Source: Polyangiaceae bacterium | GTDB lineage: Bacteria; Myxococcota_A; Polyangia; Polyangiales; Polyangiaceae | Length of the DNA stretch: 31,581 nucleotides | NCBI GenBank assembly: GCA_033763455.1 | Contig: JANRKO010000090.1 | Span: 1 to 31,581, forward strand | Direction of reading: 5' to 3' | Shown here: positions 8,701-16,869 of the stretch, piece after piece | Layout of the letters: every line of letters begins with the position of its first letter | Numbering within the stretch: position 1 is the first letter of the stretch | Program-made: the position numbers and the translations under genes | The notes under the pieces: generated by a model | What the model was told of the DNA's origin: nothing | The model's database searches: none | The model's input: only the letters and a program-made list of their open reading frames with translations

Positions 8701-10578
8701 GGTTCATCGGTGAAAGCCCTCACGCGCATCGAGTCTACTATCAACACAGATTGGGCTAGCGGCCGCCCTGATTACGGGCTTATCACCAATAACGACAACT
8801 GGAGCATCCGCTACACTGGTCAAATCCAACCACCCTGCAGCGGTGTCTACGAGTTCCAGGTGGATGCTGACGACAGCATGCGTCTATGGATCGGGCCTAA
8901 CCGCATCGTGAACAAGTCAAGCGCGGGCACCGGCAACGGAGCCTTGTACCTGCAAGGCGGCACACGTTACGACTTCAAGCTCGACTTCGAGGAGGGGAGC
9001 GGCAACGCGAAGGCCCTGCTCACTTGGAAGCCCAATTGCCAGGGTGCAGCTTCTTTTGCCGCGATCCCCAGTGCCTATCTATTTCCAAGTGGGGACACCA
9101 ACACCAAGGGCTTCGTGCGCGGGGGCGGCGATAACGCCTCGGGCACCAACTACTTCGTATGGGGCGCGCCCACCACGGTCGGCGACGCGCCCAAAGATGT
9201 AACCGGCGACACTCCCGGCGTTTGGGGCCTCGGCTCAGCCACGATGATGGTGCCGAGCTTCGCACCCGACGGAAGCAAGCTGGTGTTTATCGATGGGGAC
9301 CAAGCGGGCGGCGCGGGCTGGCGCAAAGGCCTGAGCGTCTTTGACTTCAATCAAAGCCAGAAGCTTTTCACAAATCGCCGGCTGCTGGTAAACACCTGGC
9401 CGATGGGCGATGTGATGAAATGGCCGTCCTTCGAGTCCGATTCGCGCAGCATCATTTACCAAACGAGCACCACTACGGATTGGTGTTGCCTTGGCGGTTG
9501 GACGAAATATGGCCATATGGCCCCCACCAACTACTTCGAGGTTCCCGGCAAGCTTTGGTCGGTGGATTCCCAGGCCGCCACCCCGGTGCCCGTGGAGCTC
9601 ACCAAGCTCAACCAAGCGGAAAAAGCACTGGATCGCAACAAGGCGTACCAGGCCACCATGTTGCCCACGCCGGCCGGCGGCTACCGCTGGACAGTGTTCA
9701 CCAGCACCCGCGCCTACGGAAACCTCTTCAACCTCCCGGCAGATCAATCCGACTACTCAGACCCCACCAACTTTGTACCCACCGTTAAGAGCACTCGGCT
9801 CCAATCGCAACTCTGGGTCTCCGCCATCGACGACACGGTGAGCGCCAATGCTGACCGCAGCCACCCTGCCTTCTGGCTTCCAAACCAAAGCTACAACGTG
9901 GACCCCACCAAAGGTGTGCTCAATGAGCGTGGCTTTTGGGCCTTGGAAGCCTGCCGTCAACCTGGCACCAACAAGGAAAACCTCTGCGACGTGAGCGAAG
10001 ATTGTTGTTCGGGTTCCGTCTGCCAGCTAGATACGCCTGTGGCACAGCCTCCGGTGAAACACTGCAAGGCGGCGCCTGCCATCAACACCTGTCAGCTGGC
10101 GACGGGAACGTGCGCTGCCACTACCGATTGTTGCATGGGCTTGGTTTGCGTAAATGCCGTGTGTGAGGCACCGCCTCCTCTCGACGTGTATGTGCCCGCT
10201 AACTTCACGCGCACCTATGAAGGCACCTGCGCGCAAGGGCTCTTCCCGGTGTGGCGATTCTTCGACTGGAAAGTAGATGTGCCGGCCGGCACCCAGATTG
10301 AAATCTACGCGCAAACGGCAGCGGATTCGGGAGATTTGATCACACTTGCTGACGCACCCGCGGTCATTGCTGATGCCAATGTGGTCTTCATCGGCACCAT
10401 CACCACCAGCAGCGCCACCTTCACTGGTGTGGACATTGGTCCGAAGCTGGAGGCGGCGGGCCTTCAATCATCTCGCTTCTTGAAGATCACCCTGCGCTTC
10501 TCACCCGACACCGGGCTCTCGGCGAGCCCCACGCTGCTTGAGTGGCGCCAGCAGTACAGCTGTGCAGCAGCAGAGTAG
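5716..10578 (+). CDS. Giant lipoprotein with four PA14 domains, a TolB-like propeller region, a CxxCH motif and Cys-rich termini
   Basis: Lipobox AIGC. PA14 units start GVLGEYF (~6265), GLLAEYF (~7783), GLETTYY (~8212) and GLSASIY (~8647), with VRWTG/DDG-type motifs. Propeller-like PLTPDGS, PSFAPDGSKLVF, WPSFESD. CPVCH at 7450-7464. Confidence 0.9.
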   Translation: MFSFRHLAILSVFAAIGCSSNEKKLPQLEAGSGRTTVTADVNACVTPNDGCACGVAGQTVACGVVRQSGDYKACSMGERTCQPNGTWGTCVGDSIAPFPATDKRTLALGAATPCVANPCDPLCQGFNDDPSGVTLPPGFVNDPNNGGIQLKASPPMVNNTTCTGIVVTPPTDTITVSQFNVSTGVLGEYFNRFDKTITSIPNTWVVTGTRNDATINFNWATSPGVTGVGADGFTVRWTGTIIPTTTEAYTFYTKTDDGVRFWLNNTLLVDKWKDQGATEYSTTAQNLVAGTAYSFRMEYYENSGGASADLRWSSASVAKQIIPTSSLAGPGGPLPPFTLSPTNLKYTAALDPPNCFKGVFGASWSIDGLDVATIDTDGRLDVFSPTASTINVRAYAGNFVGQATANVKVDVLDTSLAPTGSVAALAMNPTVADTVDVLYPYDNVVLPLALQPPLVMYDNGGVAAEAVKVSLLYPASGTPAFKWEQILPETSPPSITLPPEVWKYFERSAKGNTGALQIQRVVAGSPRLAVTRNIRFAQGPVRGRVYYTQYGRSGGTKMMVANPGGTTSATSAFPVNDGCPVCHSVSANGNKFATSDKKWSATNGGISDILSDGSLSPLADFVSPATAYQTGNDDWRGFAWAPLTPDGSLLLAANNIWGNSKQNIVGIDTSVTPNVVNAPTTYLSGGNGTGLLAEYFPNTTMTGEPWTRTDPKVFFDWAAASPGYNLGTDNFSVRWTGQIQGRFKENYTFSILTTDGVRLYIDNNLIIDQAAYQGALTTFTGTANLDPAVKSTIRVELTDTSGVSQIELRWSSPSTAEVPIPPTQLFNNIGLRGLETTYYDNNDFTGTSFTRLEQNLSANWGAAAPDVSMGTEDFSFIATGFVQAPYTGNIQFCADADDRVELTVNGTTLLNTMSASNTCAAGIALTAGQKYPITVKMREFTGNAKLILQWQLTGVFAKITIPPERLFPPNTYVAPTNGLSASIYDDKDFNVGAGVGSSVKALTRIESTINTDWASGRPDYGLITNNDNWSIRYTGQIQPPCSGVYEFQVDADDSMRLWIGPNRIVNKSSAGTGNGALYLQGGTRYDFKLDFEEGSGNAKALLTWKPNCQGAASFAAIPSAYLFPSGDTNTKGFVRGGGDNASGTNYFVWGAPTTVGDAPKDVTGDTPGVWGLGSATMMVPSFAPDGSKLVFIDGDQAGGAGWRKGLSVFDFNQSQKLFTNRRLLVNTWPMGDVMKWPSFESDSRSIIYQTSTTTDWCCLGGWTKYGHMAPTNYFEVPGKLWSVDSQAATPVPVELTKLNQAEKALDRNKAYQATMLPTPAGGYRWTVFTSTRAYGNLFNLPADQSDYSDPTNFVPTVKSTRLQSQLWVSAIDDTVSANADRSHPAFWLPNQSYNVDPTKGVLNERGFWALEACRQPGTNKENLCDVSEDCCSGSVCQLDTPVAQPPVKHCKAAPAINTCQLATGTCAATTDCCMGLVCVNAVCEAPPPLDVYVPANFTRTYEGTCAQGLFPVWRFFDWKVDVPAGTQIEIYAQTAADSGDLITLADAPAVIADANVVFIGTITTSSATFTGVDIGPKLEAAGLQSSRFLKITLRFSPDTGLSASPTLLEWRQQYSCAAAE

Positions 10579-10583
10579 GCCTC

Positions 10584-11687
10584 ATGAAAATTTGGTTGGG
10601 AACTCCGGCTATCCTTATGTTCTCTATCTGGGCGTGTTCCGGCTCGGATAGACCAGGAGCGTTTGGCACGGGAAATTTCGCTGGCGAAAGCACGCTCGGC
10701 GGCAAAGCGGGAACAACCGGTGGTGCAAACTCCGGAGGCACCAAAAGTGGGGGAGCGAGCGGCATGATGAGTATCGCCGGAATGAGCGGAGCACCCGCCG
10801 GTGGTTCTGCAGAAGCTGGGGGCCGTGCAAGCGGGGGCAACCTAGGAGCCGCAGGTGATCTTTCTGCGGGCGGTGAACCAGGAACGGGCCTCGCGGGTTC
10901 CGGCGGCGGCCCCACCATCGCACCCACGTGCAGCCCAACAGCCACTTGGACGAACTCCGTGGGCGTAGATTCAGTGAACTCCGGAGCCAAAGAAATACTG
11001 CTCGACATCACCCACGATGAACTCACGATCGCCTGGCTCAAGAACGACAGTCAATTGCACATCGCTGATCGCACGCTCCCAAGCGATGGGTTCGGCAACT
11101 CCCACCAAGTCTCGGTGCCCAATGGTTATGATCCGGCGCTGGGCGTTGCGCTAAGTGCAGATGGGCTCCGCTTAGTTCTGGTTGCCACGGCCGGTGCCGG
11201 GTTCGCCGAACTCACCCGCGCCACACGCAGCGGCAACTTTGACCCAACTCCCAGCACAGCGATGTTCGACACGCTCAATATTCTCCCTGGCACGGCTGGG
11301 CAATCCTTCCGTGCACCCGTGCTGCATGCGGCTGATAACTCCCTTTTTTACGTGGGCACCATGCAGGTTTCGAGCGTCTACATGTCCTCGCGCAACGGTC
11401 AAAGTTGGGGAATTGGCTCTTTGATAGGAGAGGGGCTCTTGGAGGGTACGCAAGGCAACCCGAACGTGCTCTCCGCTGTCTCCGATGACCAGCTGACGTT
11501 CTTCTACTTCAATCAGGCTAAGGGCATTCAAGAAGCTCGCTTTCGTGAAACCAGCAATTCCCCACTCTACGACGTTGTGGGTTTTGCCCAAATGAAGGAT
11601 GCTCGTCCGAACAGTGCGTGCACCCATCTTTATTACTCCAAGGGGGATAGCGGAAATGGGGACATTTACTTCGCCGTCAGGGATTAG
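10584..11687 (+). CDS. Lipoprotein with Gly-rich linker and PD40/TolB-like C-terminal domain
   Basis: Lipobox IWAC, Gly/Ala/Ser linker, repeats ITHDELTIAW, LSADGLRLV, VSDDQLTFFY, GDIYFA; starts 5 bp after the upstream stop. Confidence 0.8.
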   Translation: MKIWLGTPAILMFSIWACSGSDRPGAFGTGNFAGESTLGGKAGTTGGANSGGTKSGGASGMMSIAGMSGAPAGGSAEAGGRASGGNLGAAGDLSAGGEPGTGLAGSGGGPTIAPTCSPTATWTNSVGVDSVNSGAKEILLDITHDELTIAWLKNDSQLHIADRTLPSDGFGNSHQVSVPNGYDPALGVALSADGLRLVLVATAGAGFAELTRATRSGNFDPTPSTAMFDTLNILPGTAGQSFRAPVLHAADNSLFYVGTMQVSSVYMSSRNGQSWGIGSLIGEGLLEGTQGNPNVLSAVSDDQLTFFYFNQAKGIQEARFRETSNSPLYDVVGFAQMKDARPNSACTHLYYSKGDSGNGDIYFAVRD

Positions 11688-11697
11688 CCGCTCTCGG

Positions 11698-12345
11698 TTG
11701 AGCACTAGATTTCGTCGGGTGTTTTCGAGGCAAAAAGCAAAGCTTTACGCGCTCGAAGCTGCCACTCTGCTCTCGCTGGGTGTGGCCGGTTGCGCAGAGG
11801 CTCCGCCAGCAAAAGCGGTGCCCGAGGCCAAAGCGGTGCTTCGTGGCGTTGCGCTCTATTTGCCGCTCGAAGATAACAGCGTGCTCGCGTACGAAACTAC
11901 GAACACCGAGGAGCAAAAGGGGTTCCTTGCGGTTCAAATAACGCGCAAGGGGGGTGGGCTCGTGGAGCTAAAAGCTGGCGAAAAATCTCAAATGCTGGAG
12001 GTTGCCGGGGATTCTGTGCGCCACGTCAGCGGCGGCCTGTTGCTCAAGTGGCCGCTTGCCACGGGGGACACATTTCCAGGAGAGTTTGCAACTGTGCGGG
12101 TAGTCACCACAGATAGAGCCATTCAGGTTCCCGCCGGCAGCTTCAAGGCATGCGTGGAGACTCTAGAAGCTGCTACCGAGGGGCCGCTCCAACAGCAATC
12201 GCGCAAGGTCTTCTGCCCCAACGTGGGCTTGGTGTTTTTTGAGAACCAGGTAAGCCGCGGCTCTGAAGTTAACTCGCAAACGGCAGCGCTCAGATCCTTC
12301 GGGCCGAAGATTGACGTATTCGCCGAACCCGACCCCGCACACTAG
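11698..12345 (+). CDS. Hypothetical lipoprotein (DUF3108-like beta fold)
   Basis: Lipobox VAGC; VPAGSFKAC and FCPNVGLV motifs. Start uncertain (TTG 11698 chosen). Confidence 0.7.
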   Translation: MSTRFRRVFSRQKAKLYALEAATLLSLGVAGCAEAPPAKAVPEAKAVLRGVALYLPLEDNSVLAYETTNTEEQKGFLAVQITRKGGGLVELKAGEKSQMLEVAGDSVRHVSGGLLLKWPLATGDTFPGEFATVRVVTTDRAIQVPAGSFKACVETLEAATEGPLQQQSRKVFCPNVGLVFFENQVSRGSEVNSQTAALRSFGPKIDVFAEPDPAH

Positions 12346-12375
12346 GGGCGCTCCCGGAAAGCGTCGGCTGGGAAC

Positions 12376-12921
12376 TTAGCGGGAAGCCTGCTCTTGCAAA
12401 TCGATCGTTGCCGAAACCGTGACCACACCGCAACGCGCGTCGCGCTCCGCCCTGAGCTCGCGCTCCAACCATTTCGAACCGCTCCTCCACACTGCAACGG
12501 TGATGGCCCCGTCGCTGTAGACTTCACACTCCAGCGACTCAACAGCTTTTGTACCCGATAAACCGCCGGCAGCTCCGGCGCTCCCTGCCACACCAACAAC
12601 ACCACTCGCTCCTGCGCCTCCTCCCGAGCCACTCGAATGACTTGGCTCCCCCGCCGCGACTCGCGCTGTACAAAACAGAACCCCCGCTTTGTCGGTCGCA
12701 GAACACGGAGCGACCCTCCCAGAAGAGAGCGCATAGGCCTCGCACCCGGCTCCGTGCATGACCCGAAAGCTTGCATCAGAAGGCAGCGTTCCGGCCGAAT
12801 CCTTGAGAACCACACGAAACGTAGGCTGCACAGAGCCGCACGGCTCGACCGAAGTAGGAGGCGCCGAATCGCTGCAGGCGCTGAGGCATAGAAGGGCGAC
12901 CACCGAAACAAGCTTGAGCAT
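12376..12921 (-). CDS. Hypothetical Cys-containing lipoprotein
   Basis: MLKLVSVVALLCLSAC lipobox, internal Gly-rich loop; fills the gap between a convergent and a divergent neighbour. Confidence 0.65.
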   Translation of the reverse strand: MLKLVSVVALLCLSACSDSAPPTSVEPCGSVQPTFRVVLKDSAGTLPSDASFRVMHGAGCEAYALSSGRVAPCSATDKAGVLFCTARVAAGEPSHSSGSGGGAGASGVVGVAGSAGAAGGLSGTKAVESLECEVYSDGAITVAVWRSGSKWLERELRAERDARCGVVTVSATIDLQEQASR

Positions 12922-12974
12922 GAGCCTTCGGGAGCTTAGTCCTAAAGGCACGGGTCACAAGCCCACCCACCCCC

Positions 12975-14174
12975 ATGCCGATCCTTTTTTTGACCAATAA
13001 GATCCAAGCCTACGCATGGGGCTCCCACTCGACCATTGCTGAGCTTCAGCAACGCGTTTTCCCGACGGCCACCCCCGAGGCAGAAATGTGGCTCGGCGCG
13101 CACCCGAATGCGCCTTCTCAAGCTAACGTTAATGGTGGCAAGGCTAGCCTCGACGCACTGATTGCCGAGGCTCCAGGAAGCTGGCTAGGCCCACGTGCCC
13201 CCGAATTTCAGGGGCGTTTGCCCTTCCTGCTCAAGGTGTTGGCGGCCGAAACGCCCCTTTCGTTGCAGGCTCACCCGAATCAAGAACAGGCCCGGTTAGG
13301 CTTCGAGGAAGATGAAGCTCGCGGCATCCCTAAGCAGGACCCAAGGCGCCGGTATCAAGACGCCAACCACAAGCCCGAGCTTCTGTGTGCACTCACGCCA
13401 TTTGAGGCTCTCTGTGGCTTTCGGAACATCGCCGAAACACTGGCCCTCTTTCGCCCGCTACAGATCCGGTCGTTGGCACCCACTCTCCAACGCCTGGCTA
13501 ATAATCCAACGAACGCGGGCCTTAAGGAATGCTTCACGAGCTTGCTCCAAGCAGACACGTCCACGCGTATACAACTGGTAGAAGAAACACTTGTTGCCTG
13601 CGAAAAGCAGAGCGCTGTGCTCGGCCCACACCAGAAATCCTACGCACTGAGCCTCAAGTTACACGCGCTTTACCCTCATGATATCGGCATTCTGAGCCAA
13701 CTTTTGCTCAACTTTGTGGAGCTTTCGCCCGGGGATGCCATCTACCTGCCGGCGGGCAATTTGCACGCGTACGTCGGCGGTGCTGGCATTGAGATCATGG
13801 CGAGCTCCGACAACGTGCTGCGCGGCGGGCTGACACCTAAGCCCGTGCACACCGAGGAGCTGCTCAAGATCCTCGACTTCTCACCCCTGGCTGTAAGCCC
13901 GATTCGAGGCGTACCGCACGGCGCGTTAGAGAAAGTCTACCCCACTCCCGCAAAGGAATTTCAACTCTCACAGCTGGAGCTTCACGAAGAGTCGTGGAAC
14001 GGCGCCGTCGCGTCGGCGGAGATTTGGTTGTGCACCCGAGGCACAGCGGAGCTTCGTTCCGGTTCACACTTTCAAGTTCTCACCCAAGGGCAGAGCGCTG
14101 TTGTTTCCGCTGACGTCGCGCGGCTCGGTGTGCGAGGGAACGCCACGCTTTTCCGGGCAACTTTGGGCCGCTAG
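12975..14174 (+). CDS. manA: Mannose-6-phosphate isomerase, class I
   Basis: YAWGS, AEMWLGAHP, LPFLLKVL, PLSLQAHP, DANHKPE, HAY, EIMASSDNVLRGGLTPK. Confidence 0.97.
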   Translation: MPILFLTNKIQAYAWGSHSTIAELQQRVFPTATPEAEMWLGAHPNAPSQANVNGGKASLDALIAEAPGSWLGPRAPEFQGRLPFLLKVLAAETPLSLQAHPNQEQARLGFEEDEARGIPKQDPRRRYQDANHKPELLCALTPFEALCGFRNIAETLALFRPLQIRSLAPTLQRLANNPTNAGLKECFTSLLQADTSTRIQLVEETLVACEKQSAVLGPHQKSYALSLKLHALYPHDIGILSQLLLNFVELSPGDAIYLPAGNLHAYVGGAGIEIMASSDNVLRGGLTPKPVHTEELLKILDFSPLAVSPIRGVPHGALEKVYPTPAKEFQLSQLELHEESWNGAVASAEIWLCTRGTAELRSGSHFQVLTQGQSAVVSADVARLGVRGNATLFRATLGR

Positions 14175-14189
14175 GGTGGCACCCTAGCG
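14169..14189 (+). terminator. Hairpin at the manA stop (terminator or mRNA-stability stem)
   Basis: CGCTAGGGT-GGC-ACCCTAGCG perfect 9-bp inverted repeat, no U tract. Confidence 0.4.
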
Positions 14190-14318
14190 TGCCCGGGCCA
14201 CACCTTGTGCTGCGTTGGGGTATGCCCTCACCCGCAGGCGCCACATTTCTCGGGCAATATTGCCCGAAGCTCGGCTCCCTTCGAGACCTGCGCAAAGTCG
14301 ATCTAGAGTGCGCGCCCT

Positions 14319-16817
14319 ATGGCCAAGCCGTCCGCATCTCTTCGTGAGCGACTATCCCAAGCCACGGTTGCAAACCTTGCTCAACAGCGTTCGCCGCTCT
14401 CACTTGCAACAGTTGCGCTTGCTCTTGCCGTCTTGGGCTCACTCTTGTTCGGTTGTGGGAGAGGCTCCGGCCTCGGCAGCCTTGGCGGAAGCTCCGAAAG
14501 TTTGCTTCACGGTAAGACGCCCATCGCCACGGACAACGTCCGTTCGGCAGACAGGCTCACAGATAACGTTGCCGCAACCGACGGCGATTTTTGGAATACG
14601 GATCTTTCGTGCGTATTGAATGGCCCCTCAGCCAGCGCTACGTTCGACTTTGGTCGCGAAAAGAGCATCGACTCGGTGTACTTGCAGGGGGATAACAACG
14701 ACGTCTATCGCCTGAGCGTGTCGGCAGACAATCGCAACTTCTCTCCACTCTGGGACGCGCCGCCTGTTGGGAGGCCGGGCCTGCAAACTCGCACCAAAAG
14801 CGGGCTAGCCGCAAAAGGGCGATACCTGCGCGTTACGGCAGCCGGTGGCGATGGCGCCTATTCGCTCACCGAGCTTCAAGTGTTCGAGAAAACGCCCGCG
14901 GTGTTTCCGCCGAGGCCCGTGCTGCGGAGCGGTGTGCGGCCGGATATTGGCATCCGCAGCAAGATCTTGCTGTTCGGCCTAGGGCTTATGGTGTTTGTCG
15001 TCGTTACCTCGCGCAAGACTTCAGCTCTTTGGCTGGGCTTTGTGGCACTTTTGCCCATTCTTCTTGGCTGGGATCTGTATCAGACGTTAGCCAACAATTG
15101 GCCGGTCGAGGCCCGCCAGGTAGCGCTGATTCGCGGGGTGGCTGCGGCGGTCGCGGCTGTTGCCGTATTGCGGGAGCTTTGGGCCAAGGCGAGTTACCGA
15201 GCGCACCCCTTTGCAGTTTATTCAACGCTGAGCGTCGCCGCAGCGCTCGCGTTGCTCTCCTTCGCGAACCTCGGGCGCCCACAGTTTTTCAATCACAAAA
15301 GCAACACTCCATCTTTCATCCACCCGTTTGATATGCGGGTGTATTACCCCGTAGCCAAGTACTTCAACGAGCTCCGGTTCGACGGCGTTTACCTAGCCAG
15401 CGTGCTCGCTTACGTCGAAGATCAGCCGGGCGTTACGTTAGATCAACTGAGCGCCGTTGATTACCGCGACCTCAGCAACCACCAGATGGTCCGCGTCTCC
15501 GAGCAGCGGGATCAGATTACGGCTATCAAGACCCGATTCACGAAGGAGCGTTGGGAGGCTTTTAAGGTAGACATGCGCTACTTCCGAGAAGGAATGGGGC
15601 CAGGGGATTACCTGGGCAGCATGCATGATCACGGTGGCAACGCCACACCAGTCTGGCTTTCCATGGCGTACCTCCTCTTCGCCGGAACCACGGCCAATGA
15701 TTTTTCATTGGGCATGGGCGCGCTATTGGATCCGGCGCTATTGGCCCTCGCATTCTTCTTCATTGGGCGCACTTTCGGCTGGAGAACCTCGCTTGTAAGC
15801 ATGGTCATCTTCGGCGCGAACGATTACTACATGTTCGGCACCAACTGGGTGGGTGCAACGCTGCGGCATGATTGGATGGCGTACCTTGCGTTCGGCGCCT
15901 GCGCGCTCAAGTCCAAGCGCTACAAGACGGGCGGCGTCTTTCTCGCGATGGCCAGCTTGATTCGAGCCTTTCCTATAACCTCGCTGCTCGGGGCAGCTAT
16001 TCCAACCTTGTGGTGGGCTTATGAGTACTACCGGAGGGAAGGGCGCCTCTTTGATTGGAAGACATTCCGAAAAGAGCAGGAGCCGCTGATCCAGGTTGCT
16101 GTTTCCGCGGTGGTGTGTGTCGCACTTTGGGTCGGATTCACCTCGGTATTGTTTGGGCCACAGGCGTGGCCAGAGTGGATGCATAAGGTGCATCTATTGA
16201 GCAAAGATCCCCACGTGAATCACGTGAGCCTGAAAGCTGCAATTGCAGGGTCGGAGTACATGCAGGCGAGCACCTTAGCTCAGCGCATGCCGCTCTATTT
16301 GGCGGCTGTAGCGTTCTTTTCAGGCCTTTTGCTTTGGATTGGAAAGCGCCGCCCTATGCACCAAAGCGCCATGTTGGCGCTCATTCTCATCCCGGTCCTG
16401 TTCTACCCCGCCAATTATTACATCCATTTCATCTTCCTGCTCCCGCTCGCTGCTATTGAGCGCCGCACTGCCACGCAGCTCGCCCAAGGTGGGCCCGCCG
16501 AGACGCCGTTCTCTTCCGTTGATGCAACGATCTGGCTCAGCGTTCTGGGGATCTGTATGGCGCAGTATTTCACAACGCTGGTGCAGGATCTCGATCAGCA
16601 TTTTTACTTTGCGAGCGTCCTTTTGTTCGCGGGCGTCACCGCGTTTCTTGTTGCCCTAGCACGAGAGCCGGAAGCCGAGTTAGCGCTGGCAAGCGCGGGG
16701 CCGAAGGAGCTTGCGTCTACGGAACCGGAGGCTCACGAAGAAGCTCCGAATGAAGACTCAGAGGAAGATATGGCCGAAGAGTCGTCGAAAGCCACGCCCG
16801 GCTCAACTCTCAGCTAA
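14319..16817 (+). CDS. Polytopic membrane protein: discoidin (F5/8 type C)-like domain fused to a GT-C/GT87-like domain
   Basis: LFGC lipobox-like start; ADRLTD, FDFG, SVSADNRNF, GRYLRV, SLTELQVF; then many TM helices with HPFDMRVYY, DHGGNATPVW, TLRHDW, LIRAFP, HVNHVSL, ANYY; acidic tail. The glycosyltransferase call is inference. Confidence 0.7.
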   Translation: MAKPSASLRERLSQATVANLAQQRSPLSLATVALALAVLGSLLFGCGRGSGLGSLGGSSESLLHGKTPIATDNVRSADRLTDNVAATDGDFWNTDLSCVLNGPSASATFDFGREKSIDSVYLQGDNNDVYRLSVSADNRNFSPLWDAPPVGRPGLQTRTKSGLAAKGRYLRVTAAGGDGAYSLTELQVFEKTPAVFPPRPVLRSGVRPDIGIRSKILLFGLGLMVFVVVTSRKTSALWLGFVALLPILLGWDLYQTLANNWPVEARQVALIRGVAAAVAAVAVLRELWAKASYRAHPFAVYSTLSVAAALALLSFANLGRPQFFNHKSNTPSFIHPFDMRVYYPVAKYFNELRFDGVYLASVLAYVEDQPGVTLDQLSAVDYRDLSNHQMVRVSEQRDQITAIKTRFTKERWEAFKVDMRYFREGMGPGDYLGSMHDHGGNATPVWLSMAYLLFAGTTANDFSLGMGALLDPALLALAFFFIGRTFGWRTSLVSMVIFGANDYYMFGTNWVGATLRHDWMAYLAFGACALKSKRYKTGGVFLAMASLIRAFPITSLLGAAIPTLWWAYEYYRREGRLFDWKTFRKEQEPLIQVAVSAVVCVALWVGFTSVLFGPQAWPEWMHKVHLLSKDPHVNHVSLKAAIAGSEYMQASTLAQRMPLYLAAVAFFSGLLLWIGKRRPMHQSAMLALILIPVLFYPANYYIHFIFLLPLAAIERRTATQLAQGGPAETPFSSVDATIWLSVLGICMAQYFTTLVQDLDQHFYFASVLLFAGVTAFLVALAREPEAELALASAGPKELASTEPEAHEEAPNEDSEEDMAEESSKATPGSTLS

Positions 16818-16844
16818 CCTTTCCGAGCCCGGTGCGGAAAGGTT
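16816..16844. terminator. Hairpin between convergent genes
   Basis: AACCTTTCCG-N9-CGGAAAGGTT perfect 10-bp stem. Confidence 0.55.
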
Positions 16845-16869
16845 GAGCGGGTCAGATCAACGGGCGCAC

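Noticed and set aside
5716..11687. Possible traAB kin-recognition locus
   Set aside because: No MYXO-CTERM tail and no downstream OmpA/beta-barrel TraB; the architecture differs.
12342..12911. Alternative 189-aa minus-strand ORF
   Set aside because: Arg-rich shadow frame; the overlapping frame has a clear lipobox.
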